This document shows, in pieces, positions 56,277 through 64,000 of a DNA stretch of 64,000 nucleotides. Made by a program: the position numbers and the translations under genes. Origin of the DNA: an uncultured Thermoplasmata archaeon (GTDB taxonomy: Archaea; Thermoplasmatota; Thermoplasmata; RBG-16-68-12); assembly GCA_963768855.1 (NCBI GenBank), contig CAVYJM010000006.1, positions 640,001 to 704,000 on the forward strand. Direction: 5' to 3'. A model generated the notes under the pieces. The model saw only the letters and a program-made list of their open reading frames with translations, made no database searches and had not been told where the DNA came from. Every line of letters starts with the position of its first letter. The stretch's first letter is position 1.

Positions 56277-57800
56277 TCAGTCCAACCGTCCCGCGGCCTT
56301 CTCCGCCGCGGAGACGATCTCCCCGGTCCGCATCCAGTCCAGGATCTGCTCGACATCGGCGGACATCGTGCGGTCGTCCTCGAGGGGTGGGACCCGCGTC
56401 CGGATGAGGGCGTGGGCGGCCCGCGGTCCGCGTCCCGCCTTCAGGGGGCGCAGGAACTCCAGGCCCTGCGCGGCGGTCAGGTACTCCAGCGCGACGACCC
56501 GCTGGGCGTTCTCGAGGGCGGTCCGCGCCTTGAGCGCGGCGGCCATGCCCATCGGCACGTAGTCCTCTTGGTTCGCGGAGGTCGGGATGGAGTCCGCCGA
56601 GGCAGGGTGGGCGAGGACCTTGTTGTCGCTCGCGTACCCGGCCGCCACGTACTGCGCGACCATCATCCCCGTGTTCAGGCCCCCGCGCGTCGTCAGGAAC
56701 GCGGGGAGTTCGCTCAGCCGGCCGTCGACGAGACGGGCCGTGCGCCGCTCGGAGAAACCGGCGAGGACGGCCATCGCGAGCGCGAGATGGTCGAGCGCCA
56801 TCGCGACGGCTTGGCCGTGGAAGTTGCCCCCGCTCAGGCTCTCCACCTCCTCCGGGAAGAGAAGGGGGTTGTCCGTCGCGGAGTTCATCTCGATCCCCAC
56901 GGCCTCCTCCGCGAATCCGATTCCGGCGCGGCACGCGCCGAGGACCTGCGGGATGCACCGCAGCGAATACGGGTCCTGGACGCGGTGGGGACCGCGGTGG
57001 GATGAGATGATCTCGCTGTCCTTCAGGAGCCGGCGCATGTTCGCCGCGACCTCCCGAGCGCCCGGTTGGGGCTTGAGCCGGATGTAGCGGTCGTCGTAGG
57101 GCACGGGGGAGCCGCGCAGGGCCTCAAACGAAAGGGAGGCGGCGAGCTGGGCGTCCTGGAGCAGGCCGAACCCGTCGTGGACGGCGAGCGCCCCTACCGC
57201 GGTCATCACGGACGTGCCGTTGATCAGGGCGAGGCCTTCCTTCGGTTCCAGCTCGATCGGCTCGAGGCCGGCCCGGTCGAGCGCCTGCGCACCGTCGAGG
57301 ATCTTGCCCTCGAGCTCCGCGGCGCCCTCCCCGATGAGCACGAGGCCCAGATGGGCCAGAGGCGCGAGGTCCCCGCTCGCGCCGAGCGATCCGCGGGAGG
57401 GCATGACCGGGTGGACGCCGTGGTTCAGCATCTCGAGGAGCAGGCTGACGACGGCCCGCCGGACGCCCGAGTGCCCCTTCGACAGCGTGTTCGCACGGAG
57501 GAGGAGCGCACCCCGGACGATCTCCGGAGGCAGCGGATCTCCGAGGCCCACCGCGGTGCTCCTCAGGAGGTTGACCTGGAGCCGCTTCGCGTCCGCGTCG
57601 GAGATGACGACGTGTTCGAGGGCCCCGAACCCGGTCTTGATGCCGTACGCCACGGTCCCCGCGGCGAGGATCTTCTCGAGGGTGCGCCGCCCCTCGTCGA
57701 CGCGCCTCGCGGCACCCGGAGCCAGGCGGACCTTCTCCCGGTCCCGCGCGACCCGGACGAGGTCGTCGACCTCGAGGGAATGTCCGTCGATGGAGAGCAT
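56277..57800 (-). CDS. hutH: Histidine ammonia-lyase
   Basis: AYGIKTGFG, MIO-forming GASGDLAPL, QDPYSLRCIPQ, NFHGQ and SANQED motifs. Confidence 0.95.
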   Translation of the reverse strand: MLSIDGHSLEVDDLVRVARDREKVRLAPGAARRVDEGRRTLEKILAAGTVAYGIKTGFGALEHVVISDADAKRLQVNLLRSTAVGLGDPLPPEIVRGALLLRANTLSKGHSGVRRAVVSLLLEMLNHGVHPVMPSRGSLGASGDLAPLAHLGLVLIGEGAAELEGKILDGAQALDRAGLEPIELEPKEGLALINGTSVMTAVGALAVHDGFGLLQDAQLAASLSFEALRGSPVPYDDRYIRLKPQPGAREVAANMRRLLKDSEIISSHRGPHRVQDPYSLRCIPQVLGACRAGIGFAEEAVGIEMNSATDNPLLFPEEVESLSGGNFHGQAVAMALDHLALAMAVLAGFSERRTARLVDGRLSELPAFLTTRGGLNTGMMVAQYVAAGYASDNKVLAHPASADSIPTSANQEDYVPMGMAAALKARTALENAQRVVALEYLTAAQGLEFLRPLKAGRGPRAAHALIRTRVPPLEDDRTMSADVEQILDWMRTGEIVSAAEKAAGRLD

Positions 57801-57898
57801 GGGCCGCCTCGCGCGGGCAACTCCCCCGCGGCGTTAAAGCTTTGGCGCGCCTCCCCGCCAAAGGCGTTAAGCCCGCCGGGGCCATCGGGACCGAGTCC

Positions 57899-58807
57899 AT
57901 GCAAATCGTCTTCCTCGGGACCTCGGGCTCGTGGCCCACGCCGAAGCGCAACGTGAGCGCGATTGCGATCAAGCGCGGCCCCGAGGTCCTCCTGTTCGAC
58001 TGCGGCGAGGGCACCCAGCGGCAGTTCATGGTCTCGAAGCTGAGCTTCATGCAGGTGTCCCGCGTTTTCCTGACCCACTTCCACGGGGATCACTTCCTCG
58101 GGCTCCCGGGGCTGTTCCAGAGCATGAACTTCTTCGGACGCGAGGCGGCCCTCGAGGTCTATGGCCCCGCAGGATGCGAGAGCCTCGTCACGGAGCTGCT
58201 CTCCCTGGGACACTTCCGGGCGGGCTATCCGGTGAAGGCGCGGGACCTCGCCCCCGGGGAGCGCGTCGACGGCGGCGAGTACGAGGTGACCGCCTTCGAG
58301 GCGGTCCACACCGTGCCCGGCCTCAGCTACGTCCTCGAGGAGAAGGAGCGCCCCGGCCGCTTCGATCTCGAGGCGGCGAAAGCCCTCGGCGTCCCTGCGG
58401 GCCCGCTGTACAGCCGCCTCCAGGAGGGCCAGCCGGTCACGGTCGGCGGCAAGACGGTCCGGCCCGAGCAGGTCCTGGGCCCGCCTCGGCGCGGGCGCAA
58501 GATCGTCTACACGGGGGACTCGATGCCCCACGCGGGTCTCGTGACGATGGCCCAGGGGGCCGACGTCCTGATCCACGACGCCACATCGGACACCGCACTC
58601 GAGGAGAAGGCGAACCGCTACGGGCATTCGTCCTCGCGGCAGGCCGCGCAGGTCGCACGGCAGGCCGGGGTCGGACTCCTCGTCCTCACTCATCTGAGCC
58701 CGCGCTACGAGGACCCGTCCGTGATCCTCCAGGACGCCAGCGCGGTCTTCGAAAACGTGCGCCTCGCGGACGATTTCATGGAGATCGAGGTCCCGTACCC
58801 CGACTAG
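57899..58807 (+). CDS. rnz: Ribonuclease Z
   Basis: FLGTSGSWPT..RN, FDCGEGTQ, THFHGDH, flexible-arm GP motif, LIHDAT, HSS and THLSPRY motifs. Confidence 0.95.
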   Translation: MQIVFLGTSGSWPTPKRNVSAIAIKRGPEVLLFDCGEGTQRQFMVSKLSFMQVSRVFLTHFHGDHFLGLPGLFQSMNFFGREAALEVYGPAGCESLVTELLSLGHFRAGYPVKARDLAPGERVDGGEYEVTAFEAVHTVPGLSYVLEEKERPGRFDLEAAKALGVPAGPLYSRLQEGQPVTVGGKTVRPEQVLGPPRRGRKIVYTGDSMPHAGLVTMAQGADVLIHDATSDTALEEKANRYGHSSSRQAAQVARQAGVGLLVLTHLSPRYEDPSVILQDASAVFENVRLADDFMEIEVPYPD

Positions 58808-59046
58808 GCCGTCGCCATCTCCGCGTGCGTGTCCCGGACGAATCCCGCGAGCTCGGACTGGGCCCCCTCCACGTAGGCGGCCACCCGCCGTTCGATCTCT
58901 TGGCGGGCGCGGGGGTTCCTCGCCGGGCCGACGTATTCCTCCATCTGCTCCCGCCGGCCTCCCCGGGATTCGTAGTGCCAGAAGTACAGGTAGGGCCGCC
59001 CGTGGATCGTCTTCTCGCAGTACCCGCATCCGAGCATCATGGGCAC
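58804..59046 (-). CDS. Small basic protein resembling the SSV1 D-335 (integrase N-terminal)-like beta DNA-binding domain
   Basis: EKTIHGRPYLYFW.......QMEEYVGP follows the K.I.G..Y.Y...YxGP pattern; similarity recalled, not searched. Alternative starts at 59040 and 59037. Confidence 0.6.
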   Translation of the reverse strand: MPMMLGCGYCEKTIHGRPYLYFWHYESRGGRREQMEEYVGPARNPRARQEIERRVAAYVEGAQSELAGFVRDTHAEMATA

Positions 59047-59080
59047 ACCATCGGAGGGATAACGCGGCCCGGGGCTTCAA

Positions 59081-59102
59081 GTTATCGTTGAATAACGATA
59101 AC
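59081..59102. promoter_or_regulatory. Perfect 9-4-9 palindrome upstream of the small gene
   Basis: GTTATCGTT-GAAT-AACGATAAC, AT-rich, about 35-55 nt upstream of the small ORF's start. Confidence 0.7.
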
Positions 59103-59148
59103 AAGCCGGTCGCGATGCCGACGGTCGCCCGGCGGACCCCCGCCCGGC

Positions 59149-59709
59149 TCACAGGAGCTTCATCAGGTCCGACTTGGTCACGATGCCCGTGACCTCGCCC
59201 TTGCTCGTGACGAGCACGGCGTTGTAGTGCCGGAGCAGCCCGGCCGCGAGCTCGACGGGCGCCTTCGAGTCGATCTGGGGGAAGGCGGGCTCCATGACCT
59301 CCTCGACGCGGATCCGCGCGAGGTCCTTCGGGTCCTTCCCAGACAGGATCAGGTTGTTGATCACCTTGTCCGAGATCGATCCGACCGGGAGGCCGTTGTT
59401 CATCACGGGCATCTGGGAGAACTTCCAGTGGCGCATCTCGTCCACCGCGGTCTCCAGGGGCAGCTTCGCCTCGACGTACTGGACCTTGCGCGTCTGCACC
59501 TGGTCGACGAGGGCCTTCTTCTCCTGCTTCTTCAGCTCGGCCTGGAGCGCGTTGTACACGCGCCGGACGACGTCGTACGAGGGGTTCATCTGTTTCTTCT
59601 CGATCTTCACGATTGTCGACTGGCTCACGTTCGAAAGGCGGGCCAGCGCGGTCTGCGTGAGCCCGAGGGCCTTGCGCAGCCGCGGGATCTCCTCGAGGTC
59701 GGGCAGCAT
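59149..59709 (-). CDS. HTH (Cro/XRE) plus CBS-pair transcriptional regulator
   Basis: RKALGLTQTALARLSNVSQSTIVKIE HTH followed by two CBS repeats (FSQMPV...GSIS; AVLV...GIVTKSDL). Confidence 0.93.
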   Translation of the reverse strand: MLPDLEEIPRLRKALGLTQTALARLSNVSQSTIVKIEKKQMNPSYDVVRRVYNALQAELKKQEKKALVDQVQTRKVQYVEAKLPLETAVDEMRHWKFSQMPVMNNGLPVGSISDKVINNLILSGKDPKDLARIRVEEVMEPAFPQIDSKAPVELAAGLLRHYNAVLVTSKGEVTGIVTKSDLMKLL

Positions 59710-59737
59710 CGAGCCGCGCACGGCGGAAGCCCTACAT

Positions 59738-59834
59738 ATTCCTGTCGGAATGTCCGGAGCGACAGGATATTCATTCGAATCGGAGTGGGCCCTATTCCGA
59801 TTGAGGAATAATTATGCCTCCCCCGTTATTCCTC
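59738..59834. promoter_or_regulatory. Cluster of inverted repeats in the divergent HTH-CBS/mat intergenic region
   Basis: ATTCC-N4-GGAAT (59738-59751), TCCTGTCG/CGACAGGA (59740-59767), 25-nt near-palindrome 59778-59802, TATTCC-N6-GGAATA (59793-59810), GAGGAATAA/TTATTCCTC (59803-59834). Confidence 0.6.
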
Positions 59835-59912
59835 GACCTCGGTCGCGGCCGTGGCAACAAAAGCCATATATCCCGCCACTCTCTCCGCGGCCTCACTTCC
59901 GGGGGGCCACTC

Positions 59913-61109
59913 TTGCCGCGGAACATTTCCGTCGAGGAACTCGTCCACACGCCGATTGAGGAACAGGGTACCGAGATCATCGAGAGGAAGGGCGTCGGCC
60001 ACCCCGACAGCATGATGGACGGGATCGCCGAGGCGGTCTCCCGCTCCCTCTGCAAGATGTACCTCGAGCGCTACGGCCGCATCCTGCACCACAACACGGA
60101 CCAGGGAGAGATCGTCGGCGGGCAGAGTGCCCCCCGGTTCGGCGGGGGGATCGTCCTCGAACCCGCGAACGTGATCCTCGTCGGCCGCGCGACAACGATG
60201 GTCAACAACGAGCGCCTCCCGTACCGGACGACCGCCGTGGAGGCGGCCCGGGATTATATCCGCAAGACGTGCTCGAGCCTCAACGTCGACGCGGACGTCA
60301 TCATCGACTGCAAGATCGGCCAGGGCTCCGTCGACCTGCGGGGACTGTACGACACGCAGAAGCAGCTCGCGAACGACACGTCCTTCGGCGTTGGCTTCGC
60401 GCCGTTCTCGCAGACGGAGAACCTGGTGTTGAAGACGGAGGAGCTCATCAACGGGCCGCTGAAGAAGGACCTCAAGGAGGTCGGCCAGGACATCAAGGTC
60501 ATGGGGGTGCGGAAGGGCAACGCAACCCGGCTCACGATCGCGGCGGCCATGGTGGACCGCTACATCCCCGACCGGGACCACTACCGCAGCGTCGTCGACG
60601 AGCTCCGGGAGCGCGTGCTCGACACCGCGGTCAAGCACACGGACCGCGAGGTCACGGTCGACATCAACACGGGCGACAACTACGGGGCCGGCATCTACTA
60701 CCTCACCGTCACGGGCCTCTCCTGGGAGAACGGGGACGACGGCAGCGTCGGCCGCGGGAACCGCGTGAGCGGACTCATCACGCCGTATCGGCCGATGTCC
60801 ATGGAGGCGGCCGCCGGCAAGAACCCGGTCACCCACGTCGGGAAGCTCTACAACCTCCTCTCCTTCGACATCGCCGAGCGCATCGTCAAGGAGAACCCGG
60901 GCAAGGTGAAGGAGGTCTGGGTGCGGATCGTCTCCCAGATCGGCAAGCCGATCGACGAGCCCCAGGCCGCGACGGCGCAGATCATCCCCGAGAAGGGGAC
61001 GAAGCTCGCCTCGATCAAGAAGGACGCGGAGAGCATCATCGACCAGGAGCTCTCCAAGATCTACAAGCTCACGGACCGGATCGTCGCAGGCAAGGCGCGC
61101 GTGTTCTAG
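59913..61109 (+). CDS. mat: Archaeal-type S-adenosylmethionine synthetase
   Basis: [43 protein letters not shown] and [13 protein letters not shown] motifs; TTG start chosen from the family N-terminus. Confidence 0.95.
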   Translation: MPRNISVEELVHTPIEEQGTEIIERKGVGHPDSMMDGIAEAVSRSLCKMYLERYGRILHHNTDQGEIVGGQSAPRFGGGIVLEPANVILVGRATTMVNNERLPYRTTAVEAARDYIRKTCSSLNVDADVIIDCKIGQGSVDLRGLYDTQKQLANDTSFGVGFAPFSQTENLVLKTEELINGPLKKDLKEVGQDIKVMGVRKGNATRLTIAAAMVDRYIPDRDHYRSVVDELRERVLDTAVKHTDREVTVDINTGDNYGAGIYYLTVTGLSWENGDDGSVGRGNRVSGLITPYRPMSMEAAAGKNPVTHVGKLYNLLSFDIAERIVKENPGKVKEVWVRIVSQIGKPIDEPQAATAQIIPEKGTKLASIKKDAESIIDQELSKIYKLTDRIVAGKARVF

Positions 61110-61183
61110 GCGCGCGCCCGCGGTCCGCCGTCTTTGCCCAACATATTTATCCCGTGCGCCTCATCCTGCGCCGGGTTGGGGCC

Positions 61184-62461
61184 ATGAACGAAGACGTCGC
61201 CTTCATCTACGACCAGATCGACAAGCACAGCGCGTGGTTCGCGAAGTGCCTGCCCATGATCGCGTCGGAGAACGTGATCTCGCCGCTCGCGCGCGAGCTC
61301 CTCCTCTCCGACTTCGGAGACCGCTACGCCGAGGGGCTGCCGCACGAGCGCTACTACCAGGGCAACCTGTACACGGACGAGGTCGAAATCCGCGTCAACG
61401 AGCTCGCGAAGAAGCTCTTCCGCTGCCGCCACGCGGACCCGCGGCTCATCAGCGGCACGACCGCGAACATGGCCGTCTACTTCGCCCTCCTGCAGCCCGG
61501 CGACATCATGACCTCCGTCGCCCTGGCGAACGGGGCGCACATCAGCTCCGCGAAGTTCGGGGCCGCGGGGATGCGCGGCGTGAACACGATCAACTACCCC
61601 TTCGACGTCGAGCGGATGAACATCGACGTCGACGGGACCGCCAAGCTCATCAAGCTCGTCAAGCCGACCGTTGCCGCGTTCGGCCAGAGCGTCTTCCTCT
61701 TCCCCACGCCGCTCAAGGACCTCCAGGAAGCGTTCCAGGAGGCTGAGTGCCGCGTGTGGTACGATGGCGCGCACGTGATGGGCCTCATCGCCGGGGGCAA
61801 GTTCCAGGACCCGCTCCATGAGGGTGCGGACGTCCTGACGGGCTCGACGCACAAGACGCTCCCGGGGCCGCAGCACGGGATCATGCTCTCCGACTCGGAC
61901 GACGAGAAGTTCATCAGGAGGCTCCAGCGCGCCGTCTTCCCCGGCGTCCTCTCGAACCACCACCTCCACGCGCTCGCGGCCCTCGGGGTGACGCTCGCCG
62001 AGTCCCTCGAGTTCGGCCACGCCTACGCCGAACAGATCGTGCGGAACTCGAAGGCGCTCGCCCAGGCGCTCCACGAAGACGGGATCAAGGTCCTGGCGGA
62101 GAAGGCGGGGTTCACGGAGAGCCACGCGCTCGCCCTCGATGTGGCGACCCAGGGTGGCGGGGCGAAGGTCGCCCTCGACCTCGAGAAGGCCAACATCATC
62201 TCGAACAAGAACCTCCTCCCCTGGGACACGTCGCCGGTCAAGCCCTCCGGGATCCGCCTCGGGACCCAGGAGTTGACCCGTCTCGGCATGAAGGAGCCGC
62301 AGATGCGGGAGGTCGCCGCCCTCTTCGCGCGGGTCGCCGTGAAGAAGGAAGCTCCCGAGACGGTCGCCGCGGACGTCGCGGCCCTCCGCAAGGAGTTCAA
62401 CACGATCCACTTCTGCTTCACGCCGAACGCGGAGGCGCATCGGCGCTGGCGGATGGCCTGA
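61184..62461 (+). CDS. glyA: Serine hydroxymethyltransferase
   Basis: IASEN, YAEG...RYYQG, GAHIS, YDGAH, STHKTLPGPQHG (PLP lysine) and SGIRLGT motifs. Confidence 0.96.
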   Translation: MNEDVAFIYDQIDKHSAWFAKCLPMIASENVISPLARELLLSDFGDRYAEGLPHERYYQGNLYTDEVEIRVNELAKKLFRCRHADPRLISGTTANMAVYFALLQPGDIMTSVALANGAHISSAKFGAAGMRGVNTINYPFDVERMNIDVDGTAKLIKLVKPTVAAFGQSVFLFPTPLKDLQEAFQEAECRVWYDGAHVMGLIAGGKFQDPLHEGADVLTGSTHKTLPGPQHGIMLSDSDDEKFIRRLQRAVFPGVLSNHHLHALAALGVTLAESLEFGHAYAEQIVRNSKALAQALHEDGIKVLAEKAGFTESHALALDVATQGGGAKVALDLEKANIISNKNLLPWDTSPVKPSGIRLGTQELTRLGMKEPQMREVAALFARVAVKKEAPETVAADVAALRKEFNTIHFCFTPNAEAHRRWRMA

Positions 62462-62464
62462 GCC

Positions 62465-63007
62465 TCACGGACGACTCGCGAGGACGAGGTCGACGAGGCG
62501 GCGGAACGCATCCTCGACGCCGGCGCCCGTCTTCGCGCTCGTGAACGACCAGCTCGACCCGCGCTGCCTGCAGTACGCGTCGATCGTCTCGGCCTCGAGC
62601 TGCCGGCCCGCATCGAGGTCGGCCTTGTTTGCGACCACGTACGTGGGGACGCTCCCGGCGACCGTCCGGATCGAGTGGGACCAGGCGTCCAGCTCCCGGA
62701 GCGTCTCCCGACGAGTCACGTCGGCCACGCCCAGGATGCCTTGCGCGCCGTGATAGTACGCCTCCTTGAGCAGGTCCCGCAGGGTCGGGGCGCCCATGAT
62801 GTCCCACAGGATCAGGCTGACGTCCAGCGGCTCGCCCGTCCGCGGGTCCTTGGCCGCCACGTTCCGCTTCGTGATCTTCGTGCCGAGGGTCGCGGTGTAC
62901 CGGTCCTCGTACTCATCGAGGACATAGCGGCGGATGAGGGACGTCTTCCCGACCATCGCCTCGCCGGCCATGCAGATCTTGAGCTTCACGACCTCCGGCG
63001 CCGTCAT
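62465..63007 (-). CDS. Rab-like small GTPase (Ras superfamily)
   Basis: G1 GEAMVGKT, G2 Y.ATLG, G3 WDIMG, YYHGAQG, G4 NKAD, G5 SAK; 180 aa, no C-terminal Cys. Confidence 0.92.
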   Translation of the reverse strand: MTAPEVVKLKICMAGEAMVGKTSLIRRYVLDEYEDRYTATLGTKITKRNVAAKDPRTGEPLDVSLILWDIMGAPTLRDLLKEAYYHGAQGILGVADVTRRETLRELDAWSHSIRTVAGSVPTYVVANKADLDAGRQLEAETIDAYCRQRGSSWSFTSAKTGAGVEDAFRRLVDLVLASRP

Positions 63008-63315
63008 CCCTCGCTCACCTCGCCCTGCCGCCGCGCGGAGTCCGCCTGCCCGGTCTCGCCCCGCATCCGATGCAGCTTCTCCTTGAAGAACCACGCCCCC
63101 GGATAATCGGGGTCGAGCCGCAGGACTCGCTCGAGGATCACGAGCCCCTCGTCCGCGTGGCCGTCCTGGACGCGGAGGGCGGCGAGCACGAAGAGTGCGT
63201 CGACGTCCTGCGCGTTCTTCGCGAGCGCCTCGCGCACGAGGACGTCGGTCGGGGGCCGCGTCAGCGGAGGGGGTCCATCGTCCGGTCCATCCTTCGCCCC
63301 GCCCATCCCGATCAT
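63004..63315 (-). CDS. Small TPR protein
   Basis: DVDALFVLA...G...EG...LERVLRLDPDYPGAWFFK; GGAGGAG SD; ATGA overlap with the GTPase start. Confidence 0.8.
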   Translation of the reverse strand: MIGMGGAKDGPDDGPPPLTRPPTDVLVREALAKNAQDVDALFVLAALRVQDGHADEGLVILERVLRLDPDYPGAWFFKEKLHRMRGETGQADSARRQGEVSEG

Positions 63316-63412
63316 TCTCCTCCCCGGGTTCGGCCGCGGAGGATCCGGAGGCTAGTTAAAGGTTCGGGGACTCGGCTCGGAGCGGATCCCGGTCCGGGCC
63401 GCATCCATCCGG

Positions 63413-64000
63413 TCATGCGAGCTGCACCCTCCAGGGCGAGCGGAACTCGCCGCCGAGCAGACGGGTGAGCGCCTCGTCGACTCCGTCGAGGCGGCGCATG
63501 CTGCCGTCCCACGACAGGAGGGCGTCCCAGTGGCGCGCCTCGATGGCGCGGGTCGCCGCGAGCATCTCCGGGATCAGGTACTCCACGTCCCCGCGCGAGG
63601 CGACCGCCGCGAGGATCGTCAGCTCCCCCCGCACGACGGCGGCCCGTCGATGGCCGAACGCGACCGCGTCGAGGGACGCCTCGCGGCGGAACGAGTCTCG
63701 CACGAACTCTTGGATCGCGACGAACATCGAGGCCACGATGTCATCGTCCTTGTGGACCTCCGCGGTGCGGCCGACGTGGCGGATCAGGACGCCGCCCTTC
63801 GTCATCAGGAACACCTCATCGATGATGATCTTCCGCTGGCCCATGTAGAGCAGGATCACCAGGGTCGCGAGGATCGCCACGAGGCCGATCGCGGCGCCCG
63901 CGATCAGGTTCGGCGTCGAGAGGACGCTGGCCTGGACGACGTAGAGCGGCCCGGACAGCGCCTCGATGGGGCCGATCGCGTGGCCGTTGAAGTCCTCGTA
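63413..64000 (-). CDS. Single-pass membrane protein with cytoplasmic longin-like domain (N-terminus outside the window)
   Basis: Frame open to the window edge: YEDFNGHAIG...beta strand, TM LIAGAAIGLVAILATLVILLYM, then RK and IDEVFLMTKGGVLIRH..DDDIVASMFVAIQEFVRDSF..WDG. Confidence 0.85.
   Translation of the reverse strand, partial: YEDFNGHAIGPIEALSGPLYVVQASVLSTPNLIAGAAIGLVAILATLVILLYMGQRKIIIDEVFLMTKGGVLIRHVGRTAEVHKDDDIVASMFVAIQEFVRDSFRREASLDAVAFGHRRAAVVRGELTILAAVASRGDVEYLIPEMLAATRAIEARHWDALLSWDGSMRRLDGVDEALTRLLGGEFRSPWRVQLA

Noticed and set aside
58804-59148. Integrated virus/plasmid with split SSV-type integrase
   Set aside because: No tRNA, att repeat, catalytic tyrosine-recombinase fragment or other mobile genes; flanks are housekeeping genes with normal composition.
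59722-59912. SAM riboswitch upstream of mat
   Set aside because: No SAM-I core (AUCxAGAG...) recognised, and the inverted repeats lie upstream of the mat TATA-like element (about 59870-59880), so they would not be in its transcript.

Overview
Archaeal, mostly high-GC genomic window. Archaeal markers are ribosomal protein L18Ae/LX, prefoldin alpha, PriS, archaeal-type MAT, and TATA-like boxes about 22-33 nt before start codons. A Thermoplasmatota-like lineage is my inference, not proven. Contents: (i) two surface-glycan clusters (1-8.7 kb, lower GC up to about 7 kb; and 36.9-46.3 kb), plus dispersed genes for a Wbp/Wlb-type diacetamido-uronic acid pathway, two WecB epimerases and a complete, divergently arranged rmlABCD set; (ii) accessory genes: paralogous Zn-ribbon membrane proteins, two ABC systems, and a Cys-rich PadR regulator divergent from a small Cys peptide and arsM, with a clear operator array; (iii) housekeeping genes priS, rpl18a-pfdA-ftsY, smc-scpA-scpB, hutH, rnz, mat, glyA; (iv) eukaryote-like signalling/scaffold candidates: a 1495-aa helical-repeat protein with an Ig-like domain and a C4HC3 RING-like finger next to the smc operon, and at the right edge a single-pass membrane protein with a cytoplasmic longin-like domain, followed by a TPR protein translationally coupled to a Rab-like GTPase. 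This last module is the strongest candidate for an undescribed system. Four genes carry ten single-base frameshifts that look like long-read consensus errors. No rRNA, tRNA, CRISPR array or transposase was recognised. All domain calls come from motif reading by eye; no database search was run.
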